Of a DNA stretch of 64,000 nucleotides, positions 63,986 through 64,000 are shown piece by piece. Position 1 is the stretch's first letter, and each line of letters starts with the position of its first letter. A program made the position numbers and the translations under genes. A model generated the notes under the pieces. That model did no database searches. It was given only the letters and a program-made list of their open reading frames with translations, and was not told the origin of the DNA. Location of the stretch: positions 496,001-560,000 of the forward strand of contig OX597831.1 of the NCBI GenBank assembly GCA_951406725.2, read 5' to 3'. Source of the stretch: Octopus vulgaris (taxonomy: Eukaryota).

Positions 63986-64000
63986 ACATTCTCCTTCCCT

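Noticed and set aside
1-64000. Conserved microRNA, rRNA or snRNA genes
   Set aside because: None of the conserved bilaterian sequences I could recall were seen by eye; a formal Rfam/MirGeneDB search is needed to exclude them

Overview
AT-rich, microsatellite-dense animal genomic DNA, not prokaryotic. The repeat repertoire (several tRNA-derived SINE families with (TA)n/(GAT)n tracts) looks like an octopus/coleoid cephalopod genome; this is inferred from pattern recognition, not a database hit. I find no intact, recognisable host protein-coding gene: almost all ORFs in the supplied track are microsatellite, low-complexity or SINE read-throughs. Supported features: dozens of SINE copies from at least five families; a full-length decayed Hsmar1-like mariner (TIRs plus TA duplication) nested in a SINE; a Tc1/maT-like remnant; an internally deleted hAT with TIRs and an 8-bp TSD; TTAA/piggyBac-like MITEs; fold-back elements; RTE, CR1 and L1/Tx1-like LINE 3' fragments; a tRNA-Asn pseudogene fused to a retroposon tail; and two minimal hammerhead-ribozyme-like motifs of Penelope type. 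By eye the window alternates between CpG-depleted, SINE-dense blocks (about 1-7.7 kb, 19.6-38 kb, 54.9-64 kb) and CpG-retaining, promoter/5'UTR-like blocks (about 7.7-19.6 kb, 38.1-54.9 kb), suggesting mosaic germline methylation and several candidate first exons of a large gene. The most notable observation is a young SINE subfamily whose five insertions all have a 3' junction at 5'-GGT(A/T) on the element strand, together with a LINE-like 3' end sharing its tail. SINE family letters A-E are my own labels.
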